This document shows positions 1-9,535 of a stretch of DNA of 32,000 bases, piece by piece. The notes beneath the pieces are model-generated. The model was not told the DNA's origin and did no database searches. It was given only the letters and a program-made list of their open reading frames with translations. Both the position numbers and the translations under genes were made by a program. The stretch covers positions 60,001-92,000 of the forward strand of contig CAYNZZ010000003.1 in NCBI GenBank assembly GCA_964401865.1, given 5' to 3'. This stretch comes from an uncultured Erysipelotrichaceae bacterium. GTDB lineage: Bacteria > Bacillota_I > Bacilli_A > Erysipelotrichales > Erysipelotrichaceae. Position 1 is the stretch's first letter, and each line of letters opens with the position of its first letter.

Positions 1-1
1 T

Positions 2-526
2 ATTACTGGCGTACCTATTAAATATACTGGTGTCGGTGAAAAAATTGAGGATTTAGAAAAATTCTATCCAGATCGCTTGGCTCAGAGAATTTTGGGTATG
101 GGTGATGTCGTTTCACTTGTTGAAAAGGCACAAGAGAAAATGGATACTGAATTAGCTGAAAAGAGTGCTCGTCGAATGATGGATGGCAAATTCACTATGG
201 AAGACTTACTAACTCAAATCGAACAGTCGCAAAAGATGGGACCACTAGCTTCGGTGGTTAAATTAATACCAGGAATGAGTGATTTTTCTAAACAGTTAGA
301 AGAAGTTGATGCTGACTCAGCACTTAAAAGAACTAAAGCCATTATTCAATCAATGACGCCGGCTGAAAGGGAGGATCCATCGATTATTCGTTCTTCTCAT
401 AAAAGAAGAATCGCTGCTGGTAGCGGCACTAGTGTGAATGAAGTTAATAAGATTATTAATCAATACGATAAGATGAAGAAGATGATGAAACAGCTATCTT
501 CGATGAAAGGACTTTTTAAATTTTGA
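2..526 (+). CDS. ffh: signal recognition particle protein Ffh, C-terminal part (5' end outside window)
   Basis: Frame is open from the window edge (ITGVPIKYTGVGEKIEDLEKFYPDRLAQRILGMGDVVSLVEKAQE...). Met-rich M domain and basic tail (SSHKRRIAAGSG). Precedes the rpsP cluster as in Bacillus synteny. Confidence 0.93.
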   Translation: MTGVPIKYTGVGEKIEDLEKFYPDRLAQRILGMGDVVSLVEKAQEKMDTELAEKSARRMMDGKFTMEDLLTQIEQSQKMGPLASVVKLIPGMSDFSKQLEEVDADSALKRTKAIIQSMTPAEREDPSIIRSSHKRRIAAGSGTSVNEVNKIINQYDKMKKMMKQLSSMKGLFKF

Positions 527-1554
527 ACAGGTTAAGTAAAGATATAGTTAAACATTTAAAGAAATTGATGTCTATCGATTCTCCAAGTGGTTTTACTTTC
601 AATATTATTAATGCATTAAAAAAAGAAATTGATGAATTGGGATTTAAAACTTATTTAAATAATAAGGGCAACTTAATTGTAGAGGTCGGAGAAGGCGAAG
701 AAGTTATTGGCTTTTGTGGTCATGTTGATACGCTCGGTTTAATGGTGAGATCGATTAAGAGCGATGGAACTTTGTCAATAGTGAAAGTTGGCGGGCCTTT
801 ACTTCCTACTCTTGATGGTGAGTATTGCAAAATATATACAAGAAATGGTAAGCAATACACCGGTACTATCTTATCCAATTCTCCATCGGTTCATGTCTAT
901 AAAGACGCTGATAAATTAGAACGCAACGATGAAAATATGTCAGTTAGAATTGATGAAGTCGTTAAATCTAAAGAAGATGTAGAGAAACTTGGTATTAATG
1001 CTGGCGATTTTATTGCCTATGATCCCAAGACGACAATCACAGAAAGCGGTTTTATTAAAAGTCGTTTCTTAGATGATAAATTATCGGTAGCAATCCTTTT
1101 GGAGGTCCTATATGCAATTTATAGAGGTGATATTAAACTTGATAAGAAGGTGTATTTTTTAATATCTACATATGAAGAAGTAGGACATGGTTGTAGTTTT
1201 GTGCCAAAAGATATTCAAAGTTTAATTGCTGTTGATATGGGTTGCATTGGTTTAGATTTAAATTGCAGTGAATATGATGTTTCGATATGTGCGAAAGATT
1301 CTAGCGGTCCATATGACTATTCGCTGACAAATCAAATGATTGCGATTGCCGAAAAAGAAAAATTGAACTATGCAATTGATATTTATCCTTTCTATGGTTC
1401 AGATGTATCTAGTGCATTAAGAGGCGGAAATGATATTAAAGGAGCACTAATTGGACCTGGAGTGGCGGCTTCACACGGGATGGAAAGAACGCATATTGAT
1501 GCAGTAATTAATACATATAGATTAATTGAATCATATTTAAATGGTGTTAAGTAA
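523..1554 (+). CDS. M42 family metallo-aminopeptidase (YsdC/FrvX/PepA-like)
   Basis: 343 aa with GHVDTLG, FLDDKLSVA, STYEEVGHG and AVDMG motifs matching the M42 metal-ligand pattern. TTG start overlaps the ffh TGA by 4 nt. Confidence 0.75.
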   Translation: MNRLSKDIVKHLKKLMSIDSPSGFTFNIINALKKEIDELGFKTYLNNKGNLIVEVGEGEEVIGFCGHVDTLGLMVRSIKSDGTLSIVKVGGPLLPTLDGEYCKIYTRNGKQYTGTILSNSPSVHVYKDADKLERNDENMSVRIDEVVKSKEDVEKLGINAGDFIAYDPKTTITESGFIKSRFLDDKLSVAILLEVLYAIYRGDIKLDKKVYFLISTYEEVGHGCSFVPKDIQSLIAVDMGCIGLDLNCSEYDVSICAKDSSGPYDYSLTNQMIAIAEKEKLNYAIDIYPFYGSDVSSALRGGNDIKGALIGPGVAASHGMERTHIDAVINTYRLIESYLNGVK

Positions 1555-1560
1555 AAATAC

Positions 1561-1589
1561 TTGACAGCTATATATTATTTAGATATTAT
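1561..1589 (+). promoter_or_regulatory. sigma-A type promoter for rpsP operon
   Basis: TTGACA (1561-1566), 17 nt spacer, TATTAT (1584-1589), about 30 nt upstream of the rpsP RBS AAGGAG. Confidence 0.6.
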
Positions 1590-1619
1590 TATCAAGTAAG
1601 TTAAGGAGAAATTAAAAAA

Positions 1620-1889
1620 ATGGTTAAATTAAGATTAAAACGCATGGGTGCAAAGAAAGCCCCTTTCTATCGTATCGTAGCTGCTGATTCTCGTTCACCT
1701 CGCGATGGTAGAGATATCGAAGTAATTGGTACATACAATCCAACTAAAGAGCCTGCTATCATTACAGTTGATGAAGAAAAAGCAATCAAATGGTTGAATA
1801 ATGGTGCTATTCCTACAGATACTGTACGCACTATTCTTTCTAAACAAGGAATTATTAAGAAATTCCAAGACGCTAAAAAAGCTAAATAA
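1620..1889 (+). CDS. rpsP: 30S ribosomal protein S16
   Basis: [31 protein letters not shown]... is the canonical S16 N-terminus; strong RBS. Confidence 0.97.
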   Translation: MVKLRLKRMGAKKAPFYRIVAADSRSPRDGRDIEVIGTYNPTKEPAIITVDEEKAIKWLNNGAIPTDTVRTILSKQGIIKKFQDAKKAK

Positions 1890-2137
1890 TGATCGAAATC
1901 GAAAAAGTATTACTCGATATTGTTAAACCTATTTGTAACGACCCAGATAGCGTCATGGTCAAACAAATGGAGAGTTTACAAGAAAACGAAGTATTATTAT
2001 ATGTTTATGCTCCAAGTGAAGATATTGCGAGATTGATTGGTCGCCAAGGAATGATGGCTAATTCAATTAGACAGATGATTCAAGTGGCTGCAAAAATACA
2101 GAATAAGAAAATCTCGATTAAATTTGAAGCTATCTAA
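1889..2137 (+). CDS. khpA: KH-domain RNA-binding protein (YlqC/KhpA family)
   Basis: 82 aa with KH motif LIGRQGMMANSIRQMI. Sits between rpsP and rimM; TAATG coupling to rpsP. Confidence 0.85.
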   Translation: MIEIEKVLLDIVKPICNDPDSVMVKQMESLQENEVLLYVYAPSEDIARLIGRQGMMANSIRQMIQVAAKIQNKKISIKFEAI

Positions 2138-2162
2138 GGATGATTATTCATCCTTTTTATTT
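2137..2162 (+). terminator. rho-independent terminator/attenuator after khpA
   Basis: AGGATGA-TTA-TCATCCT perfect 7 bp hairpin followed by TTTTTATTTT. Confidence 0.6.
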
Positions 2163-2174
2163 TATAATTAGAGT

Positions 2175-2678
2175 ATGAATTATGTATGTATAGGTAAACT
2201 AATAAAACCTTTTGGTTTAAAAGGCGAGATGAAATTAGAAGTTTATACTGATTTTATTGAAGAACGTTTCGCAAAGGGATCATCAGTATTTTTTTATGAT
2301 GGAAAAGACTATTTGAAATTTATTGTCTCTACTACTCGAATGCACAAGGGTCAGCTTTTGGTTTCATTCAAGGGGTATGAAGACATCAATTTAATTGAAA
2401 AGTATAGAGGATTATCTGTTTATAAAAGTAAAGATGATATCAAACCTTTGAATGAGGGAGAATATTATTTTGATGATTTGGTCAATCTTGAACTATTTGA
2501 TGAAGATAAGCGATTAGGTAAGGTATTAAAAGTTGAAGAAGGGATTAAATATAATTTTCTCCGTGTTCTTAAAAGCGATGAAACAACGGCTCTGGTTCCA
2601 TTTATCGAGCGATTTATTAAAGAAGTAGATTTAAAAGAAAGAAAAATTTATATTAATCACATTGAGGGATTGTTATGA
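2175..2678 (+). CDS. rimM: 16S rRNA processing protein RimM
   Basis: 167 aa. IGKLIKPFGLKGEMKL N-terminus and PRC-barrel C-terminus. ATGA overlap with trmD. Confidence 0.92.
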   Translation: MNYVCIGKLIKPFGLKGEMKLEVYTDFIEERFAKGSSVFFYDGKDYLKFIVSTTRMHKGQLLVSFKGYEDINLIEKYRGLSVYKSKDDIKPLNEGEYYFDDLVNLELFDEDKRLGKVLKVEEGIKYNFLRVLKSDETTALVPFIERFIKEVDLKERKIYINHIEGLL

Positions 2679-3397
2679 AATTTACCATCTTGACTTTATT
2701 TAAAGAGATGTACGATGGTTTTTTAAATACTTCAATAATTAAGAAAGCTATTCAGAAGGGAATAGTTGAGATTAAATTGGTTGACATCAGAGATTATCCT
2801 TTAGATAAGCACGGGCATGTCGATGACACGCCTTATGGTGGGGGAGCCGGTATGTTAATGAGTGTTAAACCAATTTACGATTCATTAAAGGATAATTATG
2901 ATGCTAATGCTCATGTGATTTTGATGTCACCTAAATCCAAACCTTTCAATCAACAAAAAGCGATCGATTTATCAAAAGAAGATCATATCATCATTATTTG
3001 TGGTCATTATGAGGGTGTCGATGCAAGAGTGGAAATGTTGGCTGATGAAATGATATCGATTGGTGATTATATTTTAACCGGTGGTGAACTACCTTCAATG
3101 ATTGTAATGGATAGTATCATTAGACTTTTAGACAATGCAATCAATAAAAATAGTTTAAATGATGAAAGCTATACTGATGGTTTGCTGGAATATCCACAAT
3201 ATACTAGGCCATATGATTTTGATGGTTATAAGGTTCCTGACATCTTGCTTTCGGGTAATCATAAAAACATTAATCGTTATCGACTTAAAATGTCTTTATT
3301 AGAGACGCTTAAGCATCGGAAAGATCTATTTAAGGATAGAGAATTTACAAGTGAAGAATTAGAACTTTTAAAGGAGATAGAAAATGAACTTAAATGA
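2675..3397 (+). CDS. trmD: tRNA (guanine37-N1)-methyltransferase
   Basis: FTILTLFKEMYDGFL, DDTPYGGGAGM, ICGHYEGVDARV, GDYILTGGELP and QYTRP motifs. Confidence 0.96.
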   Translation: MKFTILTLFKEMYDGFLNTSIIKKAIQKGIVEIKLVDIRDYPLDKHGHVDDTPYGGGAGMLMSVKPIYDSLKDNYDANAHVILMSPKSKPFNQQKAIDLSKEDHIIIICGHYEGVDARVEMLADEMISIGDYILTGGELPSMIVMDSIIRLLDNAINKNSLNDESYTDGLLEYPQYTRPYDFDGYKVPDILLSGNHKNINRYRLKMSLLETLKHRKDLFKDREFTSEELELLKEIENELK

Positions 3398-4196
3398 AGC
3401 TAAAGTTTTAATGTTTGATCTTGATGGAACTATTGTATTAAATGGAAATTACATTGATCAAAAAGTTATTGACAGTTTACGCAAATTAAAAGAAAACGGT
3501 TATATCTTGTGCGTGAATAGTGGAAGACCATATTTCTTTTCTTCAAAATTGCTGGAAAGTTACGATGTATTAAAACTGTTTGATTATTTATTTGGATGCA
3601 ATGGTTCTGAACTTGTAAATATTAAAAAGAATGAGTTTCATCAATTGGCTTATCTTGAACCTGATACGATAAAAGAGATATCTTCACTTTTTGAAAATGA
3701 GCCTATTGGTATATCAATACTTACAGACGAGATTATTTATATAAATAGAATGATTGATGAAGAAAATTTAAAAAGATATATCAAATCAAGAAAGTTAAAG
3801 CCAGAATTAATAGATTTAAATGAAGTTGATTACAATGTTTCTAAGTTACTTGGAATTATTGACGATAATGGTTTTGAAAGAATTTCATCAATAGTAAAAA
3901 GAGTTGATAGCGACAAGTTTGATTTATTTTTTTCATCAAGAGATTTATTGGAGATAGTTGCCAAAGGTTCAAATAAAGGAAAAGCTTGTGAAATTATTAA
4001 AGAAATGTTAGGTTTGACAAGCGAAGAAATCATTTCTTTCGGTGATGAGGATAATGATATTGTTATGTTTCAAAACAGCATAGGTGTTGCAATGGGCAAT
4101 GCAAGTGCTGAGGTTAAAAAACATGCTCGATACATTACAGCTGACATAAACAGTGAAGGAATTTCGTCATTTTTAAAAGCGTATGATTTCATTTAG
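3384..4196 (+). CDS. Cof-type HAD-IIB family hydrolase (sugar phosphatase-like)
   Basis: FDLDGTI motif I, SGRPY motif II, GDEDNDIVMF motif IV, plus a cap domain. Confidence 0.8.
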   Translation: MNLNEAKVLMFDLDGTIVLNGNYIDQKVIDSLRKLKENGYILCVNSGRPYFFSSKLLESYDVLKLFDYLFGCNGSELVNIKKNEFHQLAYLEPDTIKEISSLFENEPIGISILTDEIIYINRMIDEENLKRYIKSRKLKPELIDLNEVDYNVSKLLGIIDDNGFERISSIVKRVDSDKFDLFFSSRDLLEIVAKGSNKGKACEIIKEMLGLTSEEIISFGDEDNDIVMFQNSIGVAMGNASAEVKKHARYITADINSEGISSFLKAYDFI

Positions 4197-4202
4197 TTTG
4201 AG

Positions 4203-4231
4203 TTGATTTTTGCTAATTATTATGTTAATAT
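4203..4231 (+). promoter_or_regulatory. promoter for rplS (extended -10)
   Basis: TTGATT (4203-4208), 17 nt spacer, TGtTAATAT (4223-4231). The roughly 85 nt leader before rplS could hold an L19-type autoregulatory leader; that is not verifiable here. Confidence 0.5.
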
Positions 4232-4319
4232 TTTATAGCATTTATGCATCAATGTTCCGCTTTACTTAATAACAGTTTATGAAGATTGATTAATAATATT
4301 GTATAAAGGAGAAGAAGAG

Positions 4320-4670
4320 ATGAATTTAAATTTAGTAAAAGAAATCACTAAATCACAATTACGCAACGATATGCCTGATATCCGTCCTGGTTGCACAGTT
4401 CGCGTAGATGTAAGAATTAAAGAAGGAGACAAATCACGTATCCAAGCATTCGAAGGATTGGTTATCCGTGTTCAAGGTGCTGGTATCGGTCAAACATTTA
4501 CAGTTCGTAAGATCTCTAATGGTGTAGGAGTAGAAAGAACATTCCCTGTTAATTCACCAATTATTGATTCAGTGACAATTCTTCGTCACGGTAAGGTACG
4601 TAGAGCTAAATTATATTACCTAAGAGGACTTTCTGGTAAAGCTGCTCGTATTAAAGAAATCCGTAAATAG
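4320..4670 (+). CDS. rplS: 50S ribosomal protein L19
   Basis: [29 protein letters not shown]...RIQAFEG. I chose ATG 4320 because AAAGGAGAAG lies 7-16 nt upstream; the track start at 4299 lacks an RBS. Confidence 0.95.
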   Translation: MNLNLVKEITKSQLRNDMPDIRPGCTVRVDVRIKEGDKSRIQAFEGLVIRVQGAGIGQTFTVRKISNGVGVERTFPVNSPIIDSVTILRHGKVRRAKLYYLRGLSGKAARIKEIRK

Positions 4671-4672
4671 TA

Positions 4673-4698
4673 AAAAGCAGGAAACTGCTTTTTCTTTT
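4673..4698 (+). terminator. rho-independent terminator after rplS
   Basis: AAAAGCAG-GAAA-CTGCTTTT hairpin followed by a TCTTTT run. Confidence 0.7.
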
Positions 4699-4711
4699 AG
4701 GAAGGAAATTT

Positions 4712-5215
4712 ATGAAAATAAAGAAAACTCTTATTGATATATTTGAAATAGTCTTTATCAGCATTGGGATTGTATTTGTTCTTACCAACTTTATTTTTAT
4801 TCCAGTAAATGTTGAAGGAAGTTCGATGGAGTCGACACTACAGAACGATGATTTTGGTTTGAGTTTTATCATAACTAAGAACTTAGGGGTTAATCGTTTT
4901 GACATAGTTGTGATCCAAAGCGAAAAGACTCCGGTTATGATAGTAAAAAGAGTTATAGGCATGCCTAACGAAATAATTGAATACAAAGATAATAAACTTT
5001 ATGTTGATGGTGAAATGGTTGAAGAAAGCTTTTTAAATGATAGTGCTAAAACCGATGATTTTTCATATACCTTAGCTGATGATGAATATTTTGTCTTAGG
5101 AGATAATCGAGGAATATCTAAAGACTCAAGATATTATGGAGTATTTAAAAAAGATGAATTTGTTTCGTCACATGTTTTTGTGCTATGGCCTTTAGACCAT
5201 TTTGGTTTAAAGTGA
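4712..5215 (+). CDS. lepB: signal peptidase I
   Basis: N-terminal TM helix. GSSMESTL (catalytic Ser box), VKRVIG (Lys box) and GDNRGISKDSR (box E). Confidence 0.92.
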   Translation: MKIKKTLIDIFEIVFISIGIVFVLTNFIFIPVNVEGSSMESTLQNDDFGLSFIITKNLGVNRFDIVVIQSEKTPVMIVKRVIGMPNEIIEYKDNKLYVDGEMVEESFLNDSAKTDDFSYTLADDEYFVLGDNRGISKDSRYYGVFKKDEFVSSHVFVLWPLDHFGLK

Positions 5216-5260
5216 TTATCATTTGATGATAAAACAATGTTTTAAACTGACTGATAAAGA

Positions 5261-6148
5261 ATGGAAATGAAAATAATGGATAAAAGAGAAGAAAGGTTAT
5301 CATCTGCAAACATCAACTGGTATCCAGGGCATATGGAAAAAGCCAAACGCCAGATGCAGGAACAGTTAAAGATGGTGGATATCATTATCGAATTAAGAGA
5401 TGCCAGAATGCCTATATCTAGCGCTAATCCTGTATTGGCTGAACTTGGGAAAGATAAACCGAGACTTATTGTTTTGACTAAAAAAGATGTAGCTGATGAT
5501 GAGCTTACTAAAAAGTGGTTAGAAGTATTAAATGAAAAATATAGAGCTATTGCAGTAAATAGTTTTGATAGCAACATTAGTAAAATAATCGTTAACGAAG
5601 TTAAAGATATTTTAAAAACTAAACTCGAAAGAGCCAAGGCACGTGGAATTCGGAAGAAAGTTCTAAGAGCCCTTGTGTGTGGCATTCCAAATGTTGGTAA
5701 GTCAACTTTAATAAATGCGATTACCAAAAAAAAGAGTGCTAAAGTTGAAAATAGACCTGGAGTAACCAAAAGTCTTCAATGGATTAGAATACATGAAGAT
5801 TTAGAATTGTTGGATACGCCTGGTGTTTTATGGCCGAAGTTTGAAGATCAAGATGTAGCTCGCCGTTTAGCGCTTTTGTCATCGATATCTGATCATGTCT
5901 TAGATAAACAAGATATCGTATTATTTGGTTTGGACTATTTGTCTTTGCATTATTTCTCTTTACTTTCGAAACGTTATAATGTTACTGAATGTGGCAATTC
6001 TTTAAAATTGGTCGATGAAATTGCTAGATCAAAGAATTGGTATAAAGTTGGTGGTGTCATTGATTATGAAAAGACTTATGATATATTTTTAAGTGATATA
6101 AGAAATGATAATTTAGGAAAGATAACTTGGGATTATGTTGGAGAATGA
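5261..6148 (+). CDS. rbgA: ribosome biogenesis GTPase A (YlqF/RbgA)
   Basis: INWYPGHMEKAKRQ. Circularly permuted GTPase order: TKKD, then GIPNVGKST, then DTPG. Start is uncertain (ATG at 5261, 5267 or 5276). Confidence 0.9.
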   Translation: MEMKIMDKREERLSSANINWYPGHMEKAKRQMQEQLKMVDIIIELRDARMPISSANPVLAELGKDKPRLIVLTKKDVADDELTKKWLEVLNEKYRAIAVNSFDSNISKIIVNEVKDILKTKLERAKARGIRKKVLRALVCGIPNVGKSTLINAITKKKSAKVENRPGVTKSLQWIRIHEDLELLDTPGVLWPKFEDQDVARRLALLSSISDHVLDKQDIVLFGLDYLSLHYFSLLSKRYNVTECGNSLKLVDEIARSKNWYKVGGVIDYEKTYDIFLSDIRNDNLGKITWDYVGE

Positions 6149-6722
6149 ATTTGAAAATAAATATTGGCCTAAGTTAATTATGGGGATTGATGAGGCCGGC
6201 AGAGGTCCGCTTTGTGGCCCTTTAGTCGTTGGTGCATGTATACTAAGACCATTTTATCAAAATGATGATATCAATGATTCCAAGAAACTTAGTGATAAGA
6301 AAAGAAAATACTTATTTAATGAAATAATAAATAATGCTCTATACTACAATTTTAAAATTGTATCACCGCAGGAAATTGATAGATTGAATATTTATCAAGC
6401 GACCAAAAAAGCAATGGAAGAGTTGGCTGAGGGATACGAAGCCGATGTCATTCTAACCGATGCTATGCCTTTAAATATTACAAAAGAATGTCATTCAATT
6501 ATAAAAGGGGACGCCAAGAGCATATCAATTGCTGCTGGAAGCATTTTAGCTAAAGTTTTAAGAGATAAAATAATGGATGGTTATAATGTTCTTCATCCTG
6601 AATATGAGTTTAATAAACATAAAGGTTATCCAACTTCTAAACATTTAAAAATCATTAAGGAACGAGGACTTTTAGATTTTTATCGTATAACTTATGGTCC
6701 TTGCATAAGATTAAAAAAATAG
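6135..6722 (+). CDS. rnhB: ribonuclease HII
   Basis: GIDEAGRGPLCGPLVVGA active-site motif, DSKKLS, HKGYPT. Follows rbgA as in Bacillus. Confidence 0.93.
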   Translation: MLENEFENKYWPKLIMGIDEAGRGPLCGPLVVGACILRPFYQNDDINDSKKLSDKKRKYLFNEIINNALYYNFKIVSPQEIDRLNIYQATKKAMEELAEGYEADVILTDAMPLNITKECHSIIKGDAKSISIAAGSILAKVLRDKIMDGYNVLHPEYEFNKHKGYPTSKHLKIIKERGLLDFYRITYGPCIRLKK

Positions 6723-6763
6723 GAAAATAGCTTATCGTATTAAACAATAATACAGAGGTTTAT

Positions 6764-7477
6764 ATGATACGCGAACAACTTATTTACTATAGTTTAAAAT
6801 ATCAAGGAGAGTACAAAAAGATTCTTGATGCAATTAAAAGTCAAGAAAGTTTTTGTTGGGTTAATGAGAAGAATTGTTTTACAATTCTTGATGATGTATA
6901 TCCAAAAGAGTTTTATAATTTGGCTTATCCGCCTTTTGTGATATATTACAAGGGCAATTTAGAATTGTTAAAAGGTAAAAAAGTGGCTGTTGTCGGTTCT
7001 AGAAAAGTTTGCGATTATGCTCATAGAGCAACTGAACTTTTAATTGATAAATTAAATGATAATGATTGCACCATTGTTTCTGGTTTGGCTGTTGGTATTG
7101 ATGGCATTGCTCAAAGAAGAGCTAAAAAAACAATAGGGATACTAGGATCTGGTATTGATTGTATCTACCCTAAAAGAAACGAAGAACTTATCAAAACATG
7201 TTTTGATAAACAATTAGTTTTATCGGAATACCCAAAGATGGTTCCGCCTTTAAAGCATCATTTTCCAATACGCAATCGATTAATTGCTTCTTTGTCAAGT
7301 GAGGTATATGTTATGCAAGCAGAGATTAAAAGCGGAACCATGACAACTGTTAAACATGCTTTGGATTTGAATAAAAATATATATGCATTGCCATATAGGA
7401 TTTTTGATACAGAAGGTGAAGGGTGTAATCTTTTAATTGAAGAAGGGGCTGAACTAATCAGTTTTTATTTGAATTAA
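6764..7477 (+). CDS. dprA: DNA processing protein DprA (short form)
   Basis: VAVVGSRKVCDYA, SGLAVGIDGIAQRRA and HHFPIRNRLIA Rossmann-fold motifs. Lies upstream of topA as in Bacillus. At 237 aa it lacks a long C-terminal extension. Confidence 0.88.
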   Translation: MIREQLIYYSLKYQGEYKKILDAIKSQESFCWVNEKNCFTILDDVYPKEFYNLAYPPFVIYYKGNLELLKGKKVAVVGSRKVCDYAHRATELLIDKLNDNDCTIVSGLAVGIDGIAQRRAKKTIGILGSGIDCIYPKRNEELIKTCFDKQLVLSEYPKMVPPLKHHFPIRNRLIASLSSEVYVMQAEIKSGTMTTVKHALDLNKNIYALPYRIFDTEGEGCNLLIEEGAELISFYLN

Positions 7478-7522
7478 GAACTTAAATAGGATATAGTGCA
7501 TATAGGAAAAAAGGATTGATTT

Positions 7523-9535
7523 ATGAAAAATTTAGTTATTGTTGAATCGCCTTCTAAATCGAAGACGATAGAAAAATATTTAGGCAAAGATTATAAGGTT
7601 GTTTCTTCTTTAGGACACATTAGAGATTTAACGACTTCAAAAGGTGGTTTAGGTGTCGATGTTGAAAATGATTTTCAACCACAATATGCCGTCCTTAAAG
7701 ACAAGAAAAAGATAGTTGAAGAATTAAAAAAGAATGCTGATAAGGCTGATAAGATTTATCTTGCAACCGACCCCGACCGCGAGGGTGAAGCTATTTCTTG
7801 GCATTTGGCACAGGTTTTGAATTTAGATATCAGTGATAATAATCGTATTGAGTTTCATGAAATTACTAAGAAGGCAATACTTGAAGCATTAGAAAATCCA
7901 CGACCTATTGATATGGGCTTGGTACATTCACAAGAAACAAGACGTATTCTTGATAGAATTATTGGTTTTAAATTATCTAAGCTATTACAGAATAAAATTA
8001 AATCAAAGAGTGCTGGTCGTGTTCAATCAATCGCTGTACGCTTGATTTGTGATAAGGAAAAAGAAATTTCTGCTTTTATTCCGGAAGAATATTGGACAAT
8101 AGAGGCTCTATTCAATTTAGATGGTAATGAATTCAGCGCCAATCTCACTAAGATTAATAATAAGAAAGCTGAAATTAAAAATGAAGCTGAGGCACAAGAG
8201 ATATTATCTCTAATCAGTAATCCATTTACTGTTAATAATATAGATCATCAGACCAAAAAAAGAGCATCAAGACTGCCTTTTATCACCTCTACTCTTCAAC
8301 AGGAAGCTTCATCTAAATTAGGCTTTTCGCCAAAGAAGACAATGATGACTGCTCAAATGTTATATGAAGGTATTGATATCGGAAGCGAAACTCAAGGTTT
8401 GATTACATACATGCGTACTGATTCAACTCGCCTTTCGAATGATTTCGTTAAAGAAGCATTAAGAAAAATTGAAGAAGATTATGGTAAAAAGTATCTTGGA
8501 ACATATCGTGTTAAAAATGACGAAGGTTCTCAAGATGCCCATGAAGCTATTAGACCTACAAATTTAGCTAACGAGCCTAGCAAGATTAAACAATATTTAT
8601 CAAATGATCAATATAAATTGTATAAAATGATTTACGCTAGAGCCATGGCTTCACTTATGGCACCTATTGAGACAAGTACTGTTTCTTATAGCTTAAAATG
8701 CAATGATTTGATTTTTACAGCTAATGGTAGCGTTATGACTTTTGATGGCTTTTTAAAAGTTTATAAGGATTATGATAACTCAAAAGATACTATCCTTCCA
8801 GAACTTGAAAAGGGTAGTGAGATCAATTATGAAACAATTAAACATGAACAGCACTTCACTGAAGCACCAAGTCGCTATACTGAGGCCAAATTAATTAAAG
8901 CTTTAGAAGAAGAAGGTGTAGGTAGGCCATCCACATATGCAACAGTAATTGATACAGTTCTTAAACGTGCCTATGCTGAACTCAAAAAGGCTAGTGAGAC
9001 ATCAAAGACAAAGTTTTTTTTTCCTACAGAACAGGGTATTTTAACTGATGACATGTTGAAAGAATATTTTTCATCAGTCATCAATATAAAATATACAGCC
9101 GAGATGGAAAAAGAATTGGATGAAATAGCTTTGAATAAAATTGATTATGTAAAATCTTTAAGAGATTTCTATGAACGTTTTATTCCGCTCATTGATTATG
9201 CGTATGCAAATATGGAGAAAAAAGAAGCGGAAAAAACTGGTGAAAAATGTCCTGAATGTGGCGGAGATTTAGTATATCGCCAATCGAGATATGGTAAGTT
9301 TATTTCGTGCAATAATTATCCTGAGTGTAAATATACAAGAAGCATCGAAAATAAAGAAAAAGTTGAACCTGAACACACTGGTATTGCTTGTCCGGATTGT
9401 GGCGGTGAGCTGTTAAAAAGAAAAAGCCGTTATGGAAACTTCTTTTTAGGATGCAGCAATTATCCAAAATGTAAACATATCGAAAATATTGAGGGTGAAG
9501 CAAAACCTAATTTCAGAAGAAAGAAAAAATCATGA
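7523..9535 (+). CDS. topA: DNA topoisomerase I
   Basis: LVIVESPSKSKTIEKYLG Toprim, ATDPDREGEAISWH, active-site region GLITYMRTDSTR. Two C-terminal C4 zinc ribbons (CPECGG...CNNYPEC; CPDCGG...CSNYPKC). Confidence 0.97.
   Translation: MKNLVIVESPSKSKTIEKYLGKDYKVVSSLGHIRDLTTSKGGLGVDVENDFQPQYAVLKDKKKIVEELKKNADKADKIYLATDPDREGEAISWHLAQVLNLDISDNNRIEFHEITKKAILEALENPRPIDMGLVHSQETRRILDRIIGFKLSKLLQNKIKSKSAGRVQSIAVRLICDKEKEISAFIPEEYWTIEALFNLDGNEFSANLTKINNKKAEIKNEAEAQEILSLISNPFTVNNIDHQTKKRASRLPFITSTLQQEASSKLGFSPKKTMMTAQMLYEGIDIGSETQGLITYMRTDSTRLSNDFVKEALRKIEEDYGKKYLGTYRVKNDEGSQDAHEAIRPTNLANEPSKIKQYLSNDQYKLYKMIYARAMASLMAPIETSTVSYSLKCNDLIFTANGSVMTFDGFLKVYKDYDNSKDTILPELEKGSEINYETIKHEQHFTEAPSRYTEAKLIKALEEEGVGRPSTYATVIDTVLKRAYAELKKASETSKTKFFFPTEQGILTDDMLKEYFSSVINIKYTAEMEKELDEIALNKIDYVKSLRDFYERFIPLIDYAYANMEKKEAEKTGEKCPECGGDLVYRQSRYGKFISCNNYPECKYTRSIENKEKVEPEHTGIACPDCGGELLKRKSRYGNFFLGCSNYPKCKHIENIEGEAKPNFRRKKKS

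Noticed and set aside
4299-4319. Upstream extensions of the rplS (4299) and rplK (15202-15258) ORFs in the track
   Set aside because: The extensions cover the Shine-Dalgarno sequences. Canonical L19 and L11 N-termini begin at ATG 4320 and ATG 15259.
4651-4986. 111-aa ORF antisense to lepB. The same applies to antisense ORFs 25873-26136, 26215-26535 and 26673-27050.
   Set aside because: All lie fully within well-supported sense genes (lepB, NusG-II, Gx, rimO). They are AT-rich-genome frame artefacts without RBS.
5216-5240. TTATCAT-TTG-ATGATAA hairpin after lepB as a terminator
   Set aside because: The stem is AT-only with a 3-nt loop and no following U-run, and rbgA starts about 20 nt later. 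It is too weak to call.
5242-5769. 175-aa ORF antisense to rbgA
   Set aside because: The sense strand encodes a complete, motif-bearing RbgA GTPase. The antisense translation is low-complexity hydrophobic sequence with no start signals.
9247-9475. Two similar approximately 80-nt segments that could be taken for a DNA repeat
   Set aside because: They encode the tandem C4 zinc-ribbon modules of TopA (CPECGG...YPEC and CPDCGG...YPKC). This is protein-domain duplication, not a repeat element or CRISPR array.
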